A DNA stretch of 64,000 bases from Candidatus Bathyarchaeota archaeon. GTDB lineage: Archaea; Thermoproteota; Bathyarchaeia; Bathyarchaeales; Bathycorpusculaceae. The translations under genes and the position numbers were made by a program. The notes below the pieces were generated by a model. That model did not search any database and had not been told where the DNA came from. It was given only the letters and a program-made list of their open reading frames with translations. Each line of letters starts with the position of its first letter. The stretch's first letter is position 1. Where the stretch lies: assembly GCA_963715865.1 (NCBI GenBank), contig OY970280.1, forward strand, positions 800,001 through 864,000, in the 5' to 3' direction. Of this stretch, positions 1 to 10,984 are shown piece by piece.

Positions 1-54
1 AAACTTCTTAAGGCAATGAGTTCAGCCAAACCTGAGGTCATCAAAACCAAATGA
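1..54 (+). CDS. 3' end of an upstream gene (partial), product not identifiable
   Basis: Frame 1 is open ([17 protein letters not shown]) to TGA at 52-54, which overlaps the ATG at 51 (ATGA coupling). Confidence 0.55.
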   Translation, partial: KLLKAMSSAKPEVIKTK

Positions 55-1139
55 TTCCATTCATAGACTTCAAACGAGAACTTGCCGAGATAGGCGATAA
101 AGTAGCCGATGCCATGCTAACGGTTCAAAAGAGCGGCCAATTTATCTTAGGCGAAAATCTAAAAGAATTTGAAAGAGAATTCTCTAGCTATATAGAAGCT
201 CGATATGGAATCGGTGTAAACTCTGGCTCCGATGCATTATACTTGACCGTAAAAGCACTAGGAATCTCCAAAAACGACGAAGTCATCACCGTTTCACATA
301 CCATGAGTTCCACCGTTGACGCAATAAGCAGAAATGGAGCCAAACCCATCTTCGTTGACATCGATCCCGAAACCTTTACAATGGACGCAACAAAAGTCGA
401 AACTAAAATCTCAAACAAGACACAAGCGATAATACCCGTACACCTCTACGGTCACCCAGCAAACATGACTCCACTACTCAAAATAGCAAACGAGCACAAT
501 ATACCGATAATCGAAGATGCTTGCCAAGCCCACGGCTCAGAATACTGCAATAAAAAAGTGGGAAACATCGGAGACGTCGGCTGCTTTAGTTTTTACCCAA
601 CAAAAAACCTCGGCGCCTATGGTGATGCTGGCATGATAACCACCAACAACAAAGAGCTAGCAGAAGAACTGACAAAAATGAGAAACTACGGCCAATCCGC
701 AAGATACAGCCATGACTTCATAGGCGTAAACAGTCGACTAGACGAAATCCAAGCTGCAATATTACGCGTGAAATTGCGAAAACTCGACGAATGGAATGAA
801 AGAAGAAGAAGAACTGCCAAACTCTACAACGAACTCCTAAGCAACGCTAACGTAACAACGCCCATCGAAAGAGAATACGCAAAGCATGTGTATCACTTAT
901 ACGTGATAACCCATAACGAACGAGACAAGCTTCAGAATCATTTAACGGAAAAAGGAATTCAGACACTAATACACTATCCAATTCCAGTACATCAACAGAA
1001 GGCGTACGCAACAAAAGTAAAGCTTCCAATAACCGAGAAAACTTGCGGCAAAATCCTCTCTCTGCCCATTCATCCATGGCTAGACGAAGACGAAGTCAGA
1101 AAGATAGCCGACTGTATTAACGAATACTGCAGAAACTAA
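51..1139 (+). CDS. DegT/DnrJ/EryC1/StrS family PLP-dependent sugar aminotransferase
   Basis: Motifs [28 protein letters not shown] and [15 protein letters not shown] (Schiff-base Lys), plus [12 protein letters not shown]. Confidence 0.95.
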   Translation: MIPFIDFKRELAEIGDKVADAMLTVQKSGQFILGENLKEFEREFSSYIEARYGIGVNSGSDALYLTVKALGISKNDEVITVSHTMSSTVDAISRNGAKPIFVDIDPETFTMDATKVETKISNKTQAIIPVHLYGHPANMTPLLKIANEHNIPIIEDACQAHGSEYCNKKVGNIGDVGCFSFYPTKNLGAYGDAGMITTNNKELAEELTKMRNYGQSARYSHDFIGVNSRLDEIQAAILRVKLRKLDEWNERRRRTAKLYNELLSNANVTTPIEREYAKHVYHLYVITHNERDKLQNHLTEKGIQTLIHYPIPVHQQKAYATKVKLPITEKTCGKILSLPIHPWLDEDEVRKIADCINEYCRN

Positions 1140-1601
1140 AACAAAGCTACAATCGGCATTTTTTATACCACTTGAAATTCCGCTTCGTCCTTCACCAAAC
1201 TTGGTAATCACATTCGGGGTTATTCGCCAAGATATCCAGGGGCGAAGCTCCATTTAAAGTCTCAAATCCATAAGAACACGCGCGCAAATCAACTAACATA
1301 ACTGTGGGAACGCCAAACCCAAGAGAAGGATGTGAACTTGCCAAACAAAGTGAAAAGCGTCTTCGCATTCAACTGGGCATCCTTCCTGCGCTCACCTAAC
1401 TGCTAAACAACAGCGCCCGATTCCTGCTACTATTCATCTTTTGATTAGCAATGTAATATTGGTGGTAGTGGGATTTTTGGGTTTTAACTAAATTTAACAT
1501 TGATTAGTACGTATTACTAAACCAGATATACCGTTCTCGCCTATTTCACATATTTTTAGAAATTTTGCAAAAAAACCAAATTATTTTTTAGGGAATCAAA
1601 A

Positions 1602-2387
1602 ATGGAAACAATTGATAAATCTGAAATTTTCTTTATCGTATTAGCTAGAACACAAGAGGGCGTTGCAGAAAAAGCAGTTGAACTAAGAAAGCTTGGTATG
1701 CCATTTATTGTTATTTGCGGGGAAAAAATGAATCATCCAAATGTGGTTTACAGACAGAAAAAAGGTAAATTTGATGCAATAAATTTTGCCGCCAAATTTA
1801 TCAATAAAGATATTAAAATTGTATGTTTGAATGATGTTGATACTAAAATATTTAATTTCGAAAAGGCTCTTGAATCAATGCGTGGTACGAATGCTGGTTT
1901 AGCTTTCTGCAAAGTTAAGGTTAATGGCGGACCTCAGGTTCAATTTTACTCTTTAATGGACAAAATAAGACGATACGTACCGATTACATCAAGCGGCGAA
2001 CTTATGTTAATTCGAAAAAAAGTGTTCGATAAAATTTTACCCATTCCGCCTTGCAAAACAGAAGATAATTACGTTTCATTCAAGGCTGCAGAGCTCGGTT
2101 ACAATGTTCTTTTCTGTGAAGATTGCTGGGTAGAAACAAAAAGAACACAAACATTGGAAGAAGAATCACAGTATAAAACTCGAACTGTAACTGGTATCTA
2201 CCAAGCTCTCTCCTTTACTAAAACTGATCCTTTGGTTCGCGTCTTTTACCTTGGCCTTCCTCTTATTACTCCGCTTTTGCTACTTCAAGGTAAAAGGGGC
2301 GCGGCTTGGACTAAGGGAATAATTCAAGGGTTCACAAATTTTCTTAGAGGTGATAGTGCAGGAGCATTCGAAAAAATTGCGGGTTAA
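1602..2387 (+). CDS. Glycosyltransferase, GT-A fold (GT2-like)
   Basis: DxD-type motif LNDVDT, a TEDNY motif, a C-terminal hydrophobic stretch and glycan-locus context. Confidence 0.7.
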   Translation: METIDKSEIFFIVLARTQEGVAEKAVELRKLGMPFIVICGEKMNHPNVVYRQKKGKFDAINFAAKFINKDIKIVCLNDVDTKIFNFEKALESMRGTNAGLAFCKVKVNGGPQVQFYSLMDKIRRYVPITSSGELMLIRKKVFDKILPIPPCKTEDNYVSFKAAELGYNVLFCEDCWVETKRTQTLEEESQYKTRTVTGIYQALSFTKTDPLVRVFYLGLPLITPLLLLQGKRGAAWTKGIIQGFTNFLRGDSAGAFEKIAG

Positions 2388-2426
2388 CCAAAAGCCAGTA
2401 GTTAACATTTTTTAGAGGAAGTCATA

Positions 2427-3350
2427 TTGGAATCTCTTGAGAAGTATCCTTTTGTCTCAATTATTGTAGTAGTACTAAACATGGCAAGCATGATTGGTGC
2501 ATGTCTATCATCGCTGATTTCTCTTGACTATCCAAAAGATAGATACGAAATTATAGTTATCGATGGTGGGTCTACTGATGGCACGCTGAAAATTTGCAAA
2601 GACTTTGGCGTACAATGCTTTATCGAGAAAAAAAGAGGACGCGGCTTAGCTAGAAATGCAGGAGTCAAAAAGGCTAAAGGAGAAATTATTGCGTTTATTG
2701 ATGCAGATTGCAAAGCTTATAAAAATTGGCTTTCAATCCACGTTTCAAACCACTCTGATAAAACGATTGGTGCAGTTACAGGGTCAGTTATCGACCCATA
2801 TTTAGTCACGAGCACTAAATCTGCAATTATGGCTCATTATGTAAGTTTTGCTGAATTCGACGAAGCATTAAAACGAAATTACACCTATCATGCGCCAACT
2901 TGCAATACCAGCTTTAAAAGGAGCGTATTACAGGTCGTTAATTTTTTTTATGAAGAACTCGATGCTTATGAGGATTTTCTTTTAAGCAGAAAAATCACAG
3001 ATGCAGGTTATAAAATTCTTTTTGAACCACAAGCTAAAATTCTCCATTTCGGAATACGTGATGACTTAAAATTTGAATCATATTTGCGTAGGGAATGGAA
3101 AAATGGAGAAGCTCATTTTAAAGCTCAAGCAATCAACAAAAACATGTTCGGTAGGATTCCAATGAACCCGCTGGCATCATCTATTTTTGCACCATCAATA
3201 ATGATGGCAAGAATCGCACGTGAATCATATAAATTACTTCGAATTCCTAATTTTGCCAGACATGCAATTACATGCATACCTTATTTGTTGAGCGGAGGTT
3301 TCGTGTGGAGTTGCGCTTACGTCAAAATGTCCTTTTCCCAGAATAAATGA
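2427..3350 (+). CDS. Glycosyltransferase family 2
   Basis: VSIIVVVLN, EIIVIDGGSTDGT, ARNAGVKKAKGEIIAFIDADC and ED motifs; TTG start. Confidence 0.93.
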   Translation: MESLEKYPFVSIIVVVLNMASMIGACLSSLISLDYPKDRYEIIVIDGGSTDGTLKICKDFGVQCFIEKKRGRGLARNAGVKKAKGEIIAFIDADCKAYKNWLSIHVSNHSDKTIGAVTGSVIDPYLVTSTKSAIMAHYVSFAEFDEALKRNYTYHAPTCNTSFKRSVLQVVNFFYEELDAYEDFLLSRKITDAGYKILFEPQAKILHFGIRDDLKFESYLRREWKNGEAHFKAQAINKNMFGRIPMNPLASSIFAPSIMMARIARESYKLLRIPNFARHAITCIPYLLSGGFVWSCAYVKMSFSQNK

Positions 3351-3370
3351 GAAGTTATGGTTAAAATTAA

Positions 3371-4534
3371 ATGATAGTTATAATTTTCAGTCCTGGTTTT
3401 CCTCCGTGGAATATTGGAGGAGAAGAGTATTACGCTTACTATCAAGCTATAGAACTGAGAAAGTTAGGAAACGAAGTTTATGTAATTGCCAGCAATATTG
3501 GCAACACGGCCAATTCTAAAGGTAAGCCACCCACGTTTTATTCATTACGTGCTCGTTTGTCCTTGGCAAGGCCTCAAATGCTTCGGTATGCATTTACCAG
3601 TATCTCTGTATTTTTCTCGTTTTTGAAATTACACTTAAGGCCTCATGTAATTCACGCTCATGATCCATACGGTGAAGGCCTGGCCGCGGTAATAGTCAAG
3701 AAAATCTTTAGGATTCCAGTGGTAATTACGTGGCATGCTGCAGAACTCGTAGACAAGGGTGCCAGGTTCTCAATTGTTGGAGATACCTGCCGACGAATCG
3801 TCTTAAAAAATGCTAATTGTATAATTGTAAACTCTGAGCTATTCAAAGAGCTAGCGATCAACAATGTTGGAGGTAAAAATTTAATTTCCAAGATTTGCGT
3901 GGTTTCACCAGGTGTTGATGTTAATAGATTCAATCCCCTGAATAATAACTCCTCTAAATCAATAGCGTTTATCCCTTCAGATTCTCAGGTTATACTCGCG
4001 GTTTGTCGTCTGGAAAAAATAAAAGGTCTCGATATTCTAATTAGGGCTACACCGCACGTTTTAAAAGAATTTCCAAAAGCCCGGTTTATCTTAGTAGGAT
4101 CTGGAAATGAAAGAACATATCTTGAAAGACTTTCACAAGAATTAAACGTGCATAACAATATTATCTTCACCGGTGCTGTATCAGACGAATTACTTCCAGC
4201 TTATTACTCAATATGCGATATTTTTACAGTTCCAACGCAAGGCGAAGGCTTTGGAATGGCATTTCTTGAAGCCTGGTCATCTGGTAAGCCAATTATCGTT
4301 ACTGCACATGCCCCCGAAATAGCGAAACTTGTGCAAAAGCATGGGAGTGGTTTCGTTGTGGCTGATGATCCGCAAGAACTCGCTAAAGCAATTATTAAGC
4401 TCCTATCAAATCCGACACTTAAAAGTAGGATGGGAAAAATCGGCAGGCAAATTGCTTTAACCGAGTATTCATGGGAAAAAACAATTTTTACCATTTATCA
4501 AAGGTATCAAACTGTTTTAAGGCGAGACAATTGA
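3371..4534 (+). CDS. Glycosyltransferase family 4 (GT-B)
   Basis: N-terminal GGEE, KIKGLDILIRA, and EGFGMAFLEAWSSGKPII (EX7E motif). Confidence 0.93.
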   Translation: MIVIIFSPGFPPWNIGGEEYYAYYQAIELRKLGNEVYVIASNIGNTANSKGKPPTFYSLRARLSLARPQMLRYAFTSISVFFSFLKLHLRPHVIHAHDPYGEGLAAVIVKKIFRIPVVITWHAAELVDKGARFSIVGDTCRRIVLKNANCIIVNSELFKELAINNVGGKNLISKICVVSPGVDVNRFNPLNNNSSKSIAFIPSDSQVILAVCRLEKIKGLDILIRATPHVLKEFPKARFILVGSGNERTYLERLSQELNVHNNIIFTGAVSDELLPAYYSICDIFTVPTQGEGFGMAFLEAWSSGKPIIVTAHAPEIAKLVQKHGSGFVVADDPQELAKAIIKLLSNPTLKSRMGKIGRQIALTEYSWEKTIFTIYQRYQTVLRRDN

Positions 4535-5673
4535 AAATAGCTATGCTCGTTGAAAATCCTCTTTTCTTCGGTGGCGGAGAAATTCATGCTTATGAAATAG
4601 CAAAAAATCTTTTAAAATTCGGGCATAAAGTTGATTTTATTCAACTTTACGGTTTTCCTAGAAAACGCGAATTCGGTTCATCCCAAGAATTGAGTCCGTC
4701 AAGATGGGTACCTCTCCCGAATTCTAGATTTACAAATTTCATATATGCTCGAATTTTGTGGTCTTATAGCTTTCTTACGGTTCCTTTGGTTTTAAGGGAA
4801 TTATTCAAAGGTAAATATGATATTGTGCATGTGCATGGATTTGGTTATTCCTCTCTATTGATATCGGCGGTTATAGCAAAAAGAAGTAACCATTCCAAAG
4901 TATTCTGTACACTTCATAATGATTTGCTTCATCATGTTGACCACAAAGTTATGCAGATACTTTCTCAATATGTAGATCAGTTTATTGCAGTCAGCTCTTC
5001 AATCCAGAAGAGGTGGCAGATCCTTTACAATTCAGATCCATTGTTAATTCCAAACGGTGTTGATGTTTCCCGTTTTAACCGCAAAGTTGATGGTTCTTTA
5101 ATAAGGAAACGTTTGGGAATAGAGAGCAAGTACGTTGTACTATCAATTGGGCGGTTATCCAGCCAAAAAGGCATTAAATACCTTGTTCAGGCGTCATCTT
5201 CCCTCAAAAAGGATATACCTAATCTAATCGTTCTGATCTGTGGGCGCGGTGAAGAGGAAGCTTATCTGAAAAAAATGGTCAAAGACCTTGAATTAGACGG
5301 GATAATCAAGTTTTTAGGATATATTCCGTCCGATGAGCTTCCGATGTACTATGCTGCCTGTGACGTCTTCGTTCTTCCTTCAGTTTTCGAAACATTTGCG
5401 CTTACATTACTCGAAGCTTTAAGTGTTGGAAAACCAACAGTATGCGCTAAAGTAGGCGGTGCAAAAGAAATTGCTAGCCAATTTGAAATTAACTATTATT
5501 CTAAACTTGTTAAACCTGAAGATTCTGAGGATTTGGCGAAAGGTATTTTATGGTATTTTAGTCATCCTGAATTTTCGACGATTAATCGCAAGAAAATTGT
5601 TAATCGGAAATTAAAAATCTATTCGTGGGAAAATATTTCACTAAAAATAAATGAGCTCTATGAGCAGTCGTGA
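4531..5673 (+). CDS. Glycosyltransferase family 4 (GT-B)
   Basis: GGGEIH, GRLSSQKG and ETFALTLLEALSVGKP motifs. Start moved from 4471 to the in-frame TTG at 4531, which overlaps the upstream stop (TTGA) and gives MKIAML. Confidence 0.92.
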   Translation: MKIAMLVENPLFFGGGEIHAYEIAKNLLKFGHKVDFIQLYGFPRKREFGSSQELSPSRWVPLPNSRFTNFIYARILWSYSFLTVPLVLRELFKGKYDIVHVHGFGYSSLLISAVIAKRSNHSKVFCTLHNDLLHHVDHKVMQILSQYVDQFIAVSSSIQKRWQILYNSDPLLIPNGVDVSRFNRKVDGSLIRKRLGIESKYVVLSIGRLSSQKGIKYLVQASSSLKKDIPNLIVLICGRGEEEAYLKKMVKDLELDGIIKFLGYIPSDELPMYYAACDVFVLPSVFETFALTLLEALSVGKPTVCAKVGGAKEIASQFEINYYSKLVKPEDSEDLAKGILWYFSHPEFSTINRKKIVNRKLKIYSWENISLKINELYEQS

Positions 5674-5775
5674 GCAAGCAAATAGCATTTTCTAAAACTT
5701 GGTTACCTCCGAGACTACCGTGATTAAGCAAGCAAACCTTAGCTTCAAAGTATAATTTCAAAAGCGTGATCAGCA

Positions 5776-7533
5776 ATGTCGAAAAAAACTGCGTTAAAAA
5801 GCAGAGTTAGCCTAAAGATTCTTTCGATTTCGCTGACTACAATCGGCATAATGCTACTGATATGGTATCTAAGATTTGTCGAAACTGGGCTATCAATTTG
5901 GCTACTTTATGCGGGTGTGGCAACATTAAGCATTGGGAACATGCTAGCCTTTGTCACTCTTGAAAGTAAATCAAAGAATATTCATTTCATACTTGTTCTC
6001 TTTCTGACAACCATTTTTTTAGCAAACATGTATACCGTACGTTTTGACTCACTACAGGGATCAGACATATTATATGAGTATACAACGGCTAGAACAACAC
6101 TTCAACAAGGAACATGGTCATTGGCACGCTCGCCATTCGAGAACTATTTTTCAGCAATTTCAGTTTCGCTAGTTCCCGCCCTCTTATCTCAGATAAGTGG
6201 GCTTAATCTATTTTTGATTTTTGAAGTAGTTCTTCAACTAGTGGCGGCTTTACTTCCTATAATTATTTTTATAACAGTTAAAGAAGTTTTCAAAAATACA
6301 CGTCTTGCTGGCTTGTCTTCGTTACTATTCAGTCAACTATACTTTAATTTCACTTTGCTTCCTTCATTAATGCGCCAATACGTTGCAGAAATTACGCTTG
6401 TTCTATCAATGTTTATTTTAATAAGAATGTATCAAAAGAAATCCTCAAAACTTTGGGCTTGGACGCTTCTTTTATCAATATCATTATTTGGTGTTGCCGC
6501 TTTTCACTATACAGTGGCTTATTGGGCAGTTGCTATTTTTCTTGCAATCTTTATTTTCGAATCATTACTTTCTTTCTTCCCTAAAAAACTCTTGAAAATT
6601 TTCAAATTTTCTACAGTGATTAAACAGCGACAGATATTTCGTGCTGAATATCTGTTGTTATTTTTTGTTTTCCTTGCTTTTTGGACAATAACAACAAATC
6701 TTGTACCTTTTTTGACCGACGTTCATAATCAAATTTATTTACTATCTGGAGGCACACCTGCCGCTTCGGGGCAATACCAAGTTGGATGGTTATCAGGTAG
6801 CACAGTAGGATTAACTACTACTGCTTGGTTTATTTGGGAGGCCGGATTGGGTGTCTTAGGTTTCATCTATTTTATGTTTAAAGTTCCTAAACAAACAAGG
6901 CATGTCCCCTGGATAATAGCTGCCTTAGTTATGTTTGCTGCGGTAGCAATCTGGATTAGTCCTTCCTTTTCTGGCGGTTTAATTTATCTGGACAGAGTTT
7001 ATTTAATTGGTTCTATCTTTTTTACTGCATTTGCAGCAGGTTTACTTCTGAAAATAAATTCTAAATTGAAGGTAGTAGTCATTATATTTCTTCTTATAAA
7101 TCTACCAGTTAATATGCTTATAATTCCCAACCAAAGATACGTTTTGTACCACAAAGAAAGCGATGTCGCTCCTGCGGATGAAATGTTAGCGAATATTGTC
7201 CGTCAACCTTCCATGGTTTTGGCGAACTGGTTAAATCTTCATCCATCTACAAACGCATCAGATACTATTTACACAGATAGTGTTACTGGTCCCCGATCAC
7301 TATACTCCTTGAACTACAACTACACAATTGTCCCACTTTCATTTATACCCACAGATCTTAATGAAACAGGTCTTTTTTTCTTTCATTATCTTAACCTAGA
7401 GTATGGATTATGGCAAACTAGCGAACGGACTAACGCAAATATTGATGTGCAAAACACTTTGAATGATACAACGATTGTTTATAATAACGGCCAAGCAATG
7501 TTAGCGTATATACAACAACCGGAGAATCCCTAA
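5776..7533 (+). CDS. Multipass membrane protein, DUF2206-like (possible GT-C fold transferase/polymerase)
   Basis: Many hydrophobic segments, an early loop GSDILYEY, an FHYT motif, and a C-terminal soluble domain ending IVYNNG; lies next to DUF1616-like genes. Confidence 0.6.
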   Translation: MSKKTALKSRVSLKILSISLTTIGIMLLIWYLRFVETGLSIWLLYAGVATLSIGNMLAFVTLESKSKNIHFILVLFLTTIFLANMYTVRFDSLQGSDILYEYTTARTTLQQGTWSLARSPFENYFSAISVSLVPALLSQISGLNLFLIFEVVLQLVAALLPIIIFITVKEVFKNTRLAGLSSLLFSQLYFNFTLLPSLMRQYVAEITLVLSMFILIRMYQKKSSKLWAWTLLLSISLFGVAAFHYTVAYWAVAIFLAIFIFESLLSFFPKKLLKIFKFSTVIKQRQIFRAEYLLLFFVFLAFWTITTNLVPFLTDVHNQIYLLSGGTPAASGQYQVGWLSGSTVGLTTTAWFIWEAGLGVLGFIYFMFKVPKQTRHVPWIIAALVMFAAVAIWISPSFSGGLIYLDRVYLIGSIFFTAFAAGLLLKINSKLKVVVIIFLLINLPVNMLIIPNQRYVLYHKESDVAPADEMLANIVRQPSMVLANWLNLHPSTNASDTIYTDSVTGPRSLYSLNYNYTIVPLSFIPTDLNETGLFFFHYLNLEYGLWQTSERTNANIDVQNTLNDTTIVYNNGQAMLAYIQQPENP

Positions 7534-7534
7534 G

Positions 7535-7765
7535 ATGGCGTTTGACATATTAACGCTATTAACGTCGCCATTGATGTATACACTGGCTTTTCTTTCGTTC
7601 ACAGCTGTTCTTTTCTTTCTGTTGGGAAAGTTTCATCAATCTTTCTTTAGAGGCTTCTCTCTGCTTGATAGAGAAAAACTTGTTCTTGTGAGCAACATTT
7701 TTTCTGTTGCCAGTATAATATTATCAATTTATATTATCTATATGCAATACATGCTTTTGTTTTAG
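7535..7765 (+). CDS. Small two-TM membrane protein, hypothetical
   Basis: Two hydrophobic helices; starts 1 nt after the previous stop. Confidence 0.65.
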   Translation: MAFDILTLLTSPLMYTLAFLSFTAVLFFLLGKFHQSFFRGFSLLDREKLVLVSNIFSVASIILSIYIIYMQYMLLF

Positions 7766-7788
7766 TAAAAAACCAATGGTGAAAAAAA

Positions 7789-8166
7789 TTGTATAAACGA
7801 TTTTGGCTTATCTTAGCTGTAACTATACTCACTGATGTTACAGTCTTGAAAATAAGCGAATTTTCTGTTTTTATACCTTTACGTTGGGTTATTAGCCTTA
7901 TTTTTTCTTTAGTTCTTCCTGGTTATTGCTTGCTTGAAGCCTTGTTTTCCCCTAATGAAATCGACTTAGTGGTTAAGGCTTGTTTAAGTGTTATTTTGAG
8001 TTTCTGTCTTCTTGCGTTAGTTGGATTGCTTATAAACTATCTATTCGGCAATATTACTCTTTTAAACTTGATGATTTTCATCTCTTTTGAAATAATAATT
8101 TTAGCTACAATCGGTGGCCTCAAGCATTCACGATTTCAAGCCACTAGAAACATCATAGTCGATTAA
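7789..8166 (+). CDS. DUF1616-like N-terminal membrane domain protein
   Basis: IFSLVLPGYCLLEALF...LSVILSF...VGLLINY resembles the DUF1616 TM region; TTG start. Confidence 0.65.
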   Translation: MYKRFWLILAVTILTDVTVLKISEFSVFIPLRWVISLIFSLVLPGYCLLEALFSPNEIDLVVKACLSVILSFCLLALVGLLINYLFGNITLLNLMIFISFEIIILATIGGLKHSRFQATRNIIVD

Positions 8167-8501
8167 GGCACTGTTAACCTGAAAGAAGAATATAATAACC
8201 GATGGGTCAAAATGAATATGATGGCATATTTAGCAAGGGTCTATTTCGCTATAGGTGGTTCATAAACTGCTTTAAGCCGCTTGCTCAAGATTCATTAACT
8301 CATGACTTCAATGCAAGAGGGGTCGTCGGGAATGTTGCGAGTTCTAGTTTGACTGGTGTCTGGAGTGCTAATGCGTTGAGTAAAGTTAAGTGCGGGATGA
8401 TATCCATAAAAGTTAAAGGAACCCTTTTATGCGGGGAATGTGAGAAATACAATTTTCAAAATTAACTTCGAAAATTCAGGATTAAGGCTGTTGAGACTTG
8501 T

Positions 8502-9227
8502 ATGGTAAACCTAAAACGTTTTAAATTGAACAGCGATAAACAAGTATTAATAGCTGGAATAGTTTGCTCTGTTGTCTTATTATCTTTTGTAGTGTATGTT
8601 TTTACGTTACCGGCACCAACTCAGCCCATTTTTCCCATGTGGGTTGTTGAACAAAACGGTGCGATTCCAAGTTCAGAGATGAACATAACCTTAGGGAATC
8701 AATCTGGACTTTTAATTGGCGTTCAAAATCAAATGGGGAAGCTTCAGTACTGTTCGATTGTGGTAAAATTTAGGAATTTATCTTCCCCCCCGCCGGTCTC
8801 TGCCAATGCAACTGTTCAAAGCAAAGCAAGCCCTCTCCATCCTATAATGAGTTTTAGCTTAGTGCTCACCAATAATGAAACATGGGTAACACCGTTTAAC
8901 TTTAAGTTCCTCTGGGAAGGCAACATTGACAACAGCTACACTATCAATTCAGTGGTGATAAATGACCAAAGTTATAATTTAACCGAGCCCATACAAAACG
9001 GAAACTTGCAAAATTCTTCATACCAATTTTTGTTTGAACTCTGGACGAAGAATACACCAGAAGAGAACTATAATTTTTCGGGAATATGGGTATCTTCTCC
9101 ATTCTTAATATTTAATCAAAATATAAGCCTAACTTCTACTTCGACTCCAGAACCAACGCCAACTTCGATGATTAATGTTGATTTTTCTGCTACTGACTCT
9201 GTTTCATCAATCAAAGATGTACTATAA
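8502..9227 (+). CDS. DUF1616-like C-terminal extracellular domain with N-terminal TM anchor
   Basis: Single N-terminal TM, IGVQNQMG...Y...VKF and YQFLFELW segments, many N-x-S/T sequons. Confidence 0.6.
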   Translation: MVNLKRFKLNSDKQVLIAGIVCSVVLLSFVVYVFTLPAPTQPIFPMWVVEQNGAIPSSEMNITLGNQSGLLIGVQNQMGKLQYCSIVVKFRNLSSPPPVSANATVQSKASPLHPIMSFSLVLTNNETWVTPFNFKFLWEGNIDNSYTINSVVINDQSYNLTEPIQNGNLQNSSYQFLFELWTKNTPEENYNFSGIWVSSPFLIFNQNISLTSTSTPEPTPTSMINVDFSATDSVSSIKDVL

Positions 9228-9385
9228 AGTCTACAACCATAATACAAACAGTTAGGTTTTCTCCACTAACGTAATGTTGCAAAGGCACCCTACGATGACG
9301 ATAAACCGTTCTTGGTATTATACTTTCTATGTATGGGTGTCCGTCAGACTCACAGAAGTTCATTGGGATCAAAATATAAGTAACA

Positions 9386-10135
9386 TTGGCACATAAGAAG
9401 CAAAAATATGGTGTTGACCCTATGAAATTGAACTCAATAGTAAGGTACTCAATAGTTATGATTACTGCTGAGGTTGGCATACTTCTTTTCGTGTTGTCTT
9501 TCTATTATTTTCCATCGAATATTCTTATGATTTTGACAGGCTTAACCCTTATAATTTCGGCTGTTTCCTTTGCTTATACAACTTCTACTAGGATGGTACA
9601 AGCAAGAGTTATAACATCACAAATAAGTAGTTTAACTTTGACTCTTAATCGCCTACTTAAGGAGGCAGGATACGAAGGAAAAACTTGTTTCTTGCCCCCT
9701 CAATTACCGGGGGAACCGCCTGTTCAGTTAATAGGTAGTAAACCTATTATTCCCACTGGTCTTCATCTTGAATCAATTTTTGAGAAAGAAACTGGGGTTG
9801 ATTTTTTTTCAATCGACCTTAAGCAATTAGAAGAGCTTTTAGTGAAAGTGATTGTCGATAAGCTCGAAATTGCTAGCGGATTCGGAATTTTAGATAAAGA
9901 CGGAGTCATATACATTCGGATGAAGGGTTTTGCATTGTATGAATTTTACAATTACTTGCAGGAGACGACTTCTCAAGATTACTTATCGCTGAGTCCTACT
10001 GTTAGTGCCTTAGCATGCGCTATTGCTAAAGCTACCAAAAAAGCCGTTTGGATTGACCAAGTTTTTCTTAGAAAACAAAATCTTGAAATTAAATTTAGGT
10101 ATGGTTCCACAGATGTAGGGGTAAAGATTCCTTGA
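9386..10135 (+). CDS. Hypothetical membrane protein (two N-terminal TMs plus soluble domain)
   Basis: Long ORF with coherent topology; the start may be the ATG of MKLNS. Confidence 0.65.
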   Translation: MAHKKQKYGVDPMKLNSIVRYSIVMITAEVGILLFVLSFYYFPSNILMILTGLTLIISAVSFAYTTSTRMVQARVITSQISSLTLTLNRLLKEAGYEGKTCFLPPQLPGEPPVQLIGSKPIIPTGLHLESIFEKETGVDFFSIDLKQLEELLVKVIVDKLEIASGFGILDKDGVIYIRMKGFALYEFYNYLQETTSQDYLSLSPTVSALACAIAKATKKAVWIDQVFLRKQNLEIKFRYGSTDVGVKIP

Positions 10136-10177
10136 CTTTCTCAATAAAGCGTTATTAGATATGAAAACAAAAAAAGG

Positions 10178-10930
10178 ATGTGGCTGGTAACTTTTATGGG
10201 CAAGCTTTTCTCTTCAGGACCACAGCCTTGGTCAGAAACTCCGTGGCTGGAAAGAAGTAAATTCTTTGATTATCTTTTTATGCGCTTTCTTGAATTTAAC
10301 GATGCTAAAGTAAATGGTGTCTGTGTTGACATAGGTTGTGGAGACGATAGGTCTATTGGCAACGCTTTGTTTCTTTTAAAGTATTTCTCGGAAGTAGTCT
10401 GTACTGATTTAAACAAGCAAGGACTAAAAAATCATCAAGAAAAATCTAAAAAGCTAAGAAAGCAAACTGCATATGTGGTTGCAGATGCGCAGCATTTACC
10501 TTTTAAAAATGAATCAGTCGATGGAGTCTCTGCTTTTTCATTAATTGAGCATTTGCCTAAGCAGATTGAATTTATTGGTGAAGTGAGGCGTATACTTGTG
10601 GATGATTCATTGTTCATACTGCAATTTCCTAACAGACAATTTCCACTTGAAGTCCATACTGGTGTACCTTTTCCAAGCATTATTCCGATAAAAGTACAAA
10701 AGCGGTGGGGTCAGTTTATGTATGGATGGATTGATTTCGAGCTGAATAGCCTTACGAAGAAGGCAGCCATAAAATTATGCGAGATGTCGTTTAAGTCGAT
10801 CTCCATTCAAAATGTCAATTTTACCGAAAATCTGATTCCAATTAAATTTAGAGTAATTAAAAAGGTTTTGGAAAAATCAGGTTTTCTTAAATTTGTTCCA
10901 ATGGGTTACTTTTTCATTTGCACTACCTGA
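10178..10930 (+). CDS. Class I SAM-dependent methyltransferase
   Basis: Motif I VDIGCG, VADAQHLPFKNESVD, LIEHL, EVRRIL. Confidence 0.9.
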   Translation: MWLVTFMGKLFSSGPQPWSETPWLERSKFFDYLFMRFLEFNDAKVNGVCVDIGCGDDRSIGNALFLLKYFSEVVCTDLNKQGLKNHQEKSKKLRKQTAYVVADAQHLPFKNESVDGVSAFSLIEHLPKQIEFIGEVRRILVDDSLFILQFPNRQFPLEVHTGVPFPSIIPIKVQKRWGQFMYGWIDFELNSLTKKAAIKLCEMSFKSISIQNVNFTENLIPIKFRVIKKVLEKSGFLKFVPMGYFFICTT

Positions 10931-10984
10931 CGCAGTAAAGTTGCCAATATTAGGGACATTTGGGTTAACCGATGAAGGAGAAGG

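Noticed and set aside
8202-8465. 87-aa + strand ORF between the two DUF1616-like genes
   Set aside because: No family motif and atypical composition. The minus strand has a weak LKIVFLT start that hits a stop, so neither strand can be supported.
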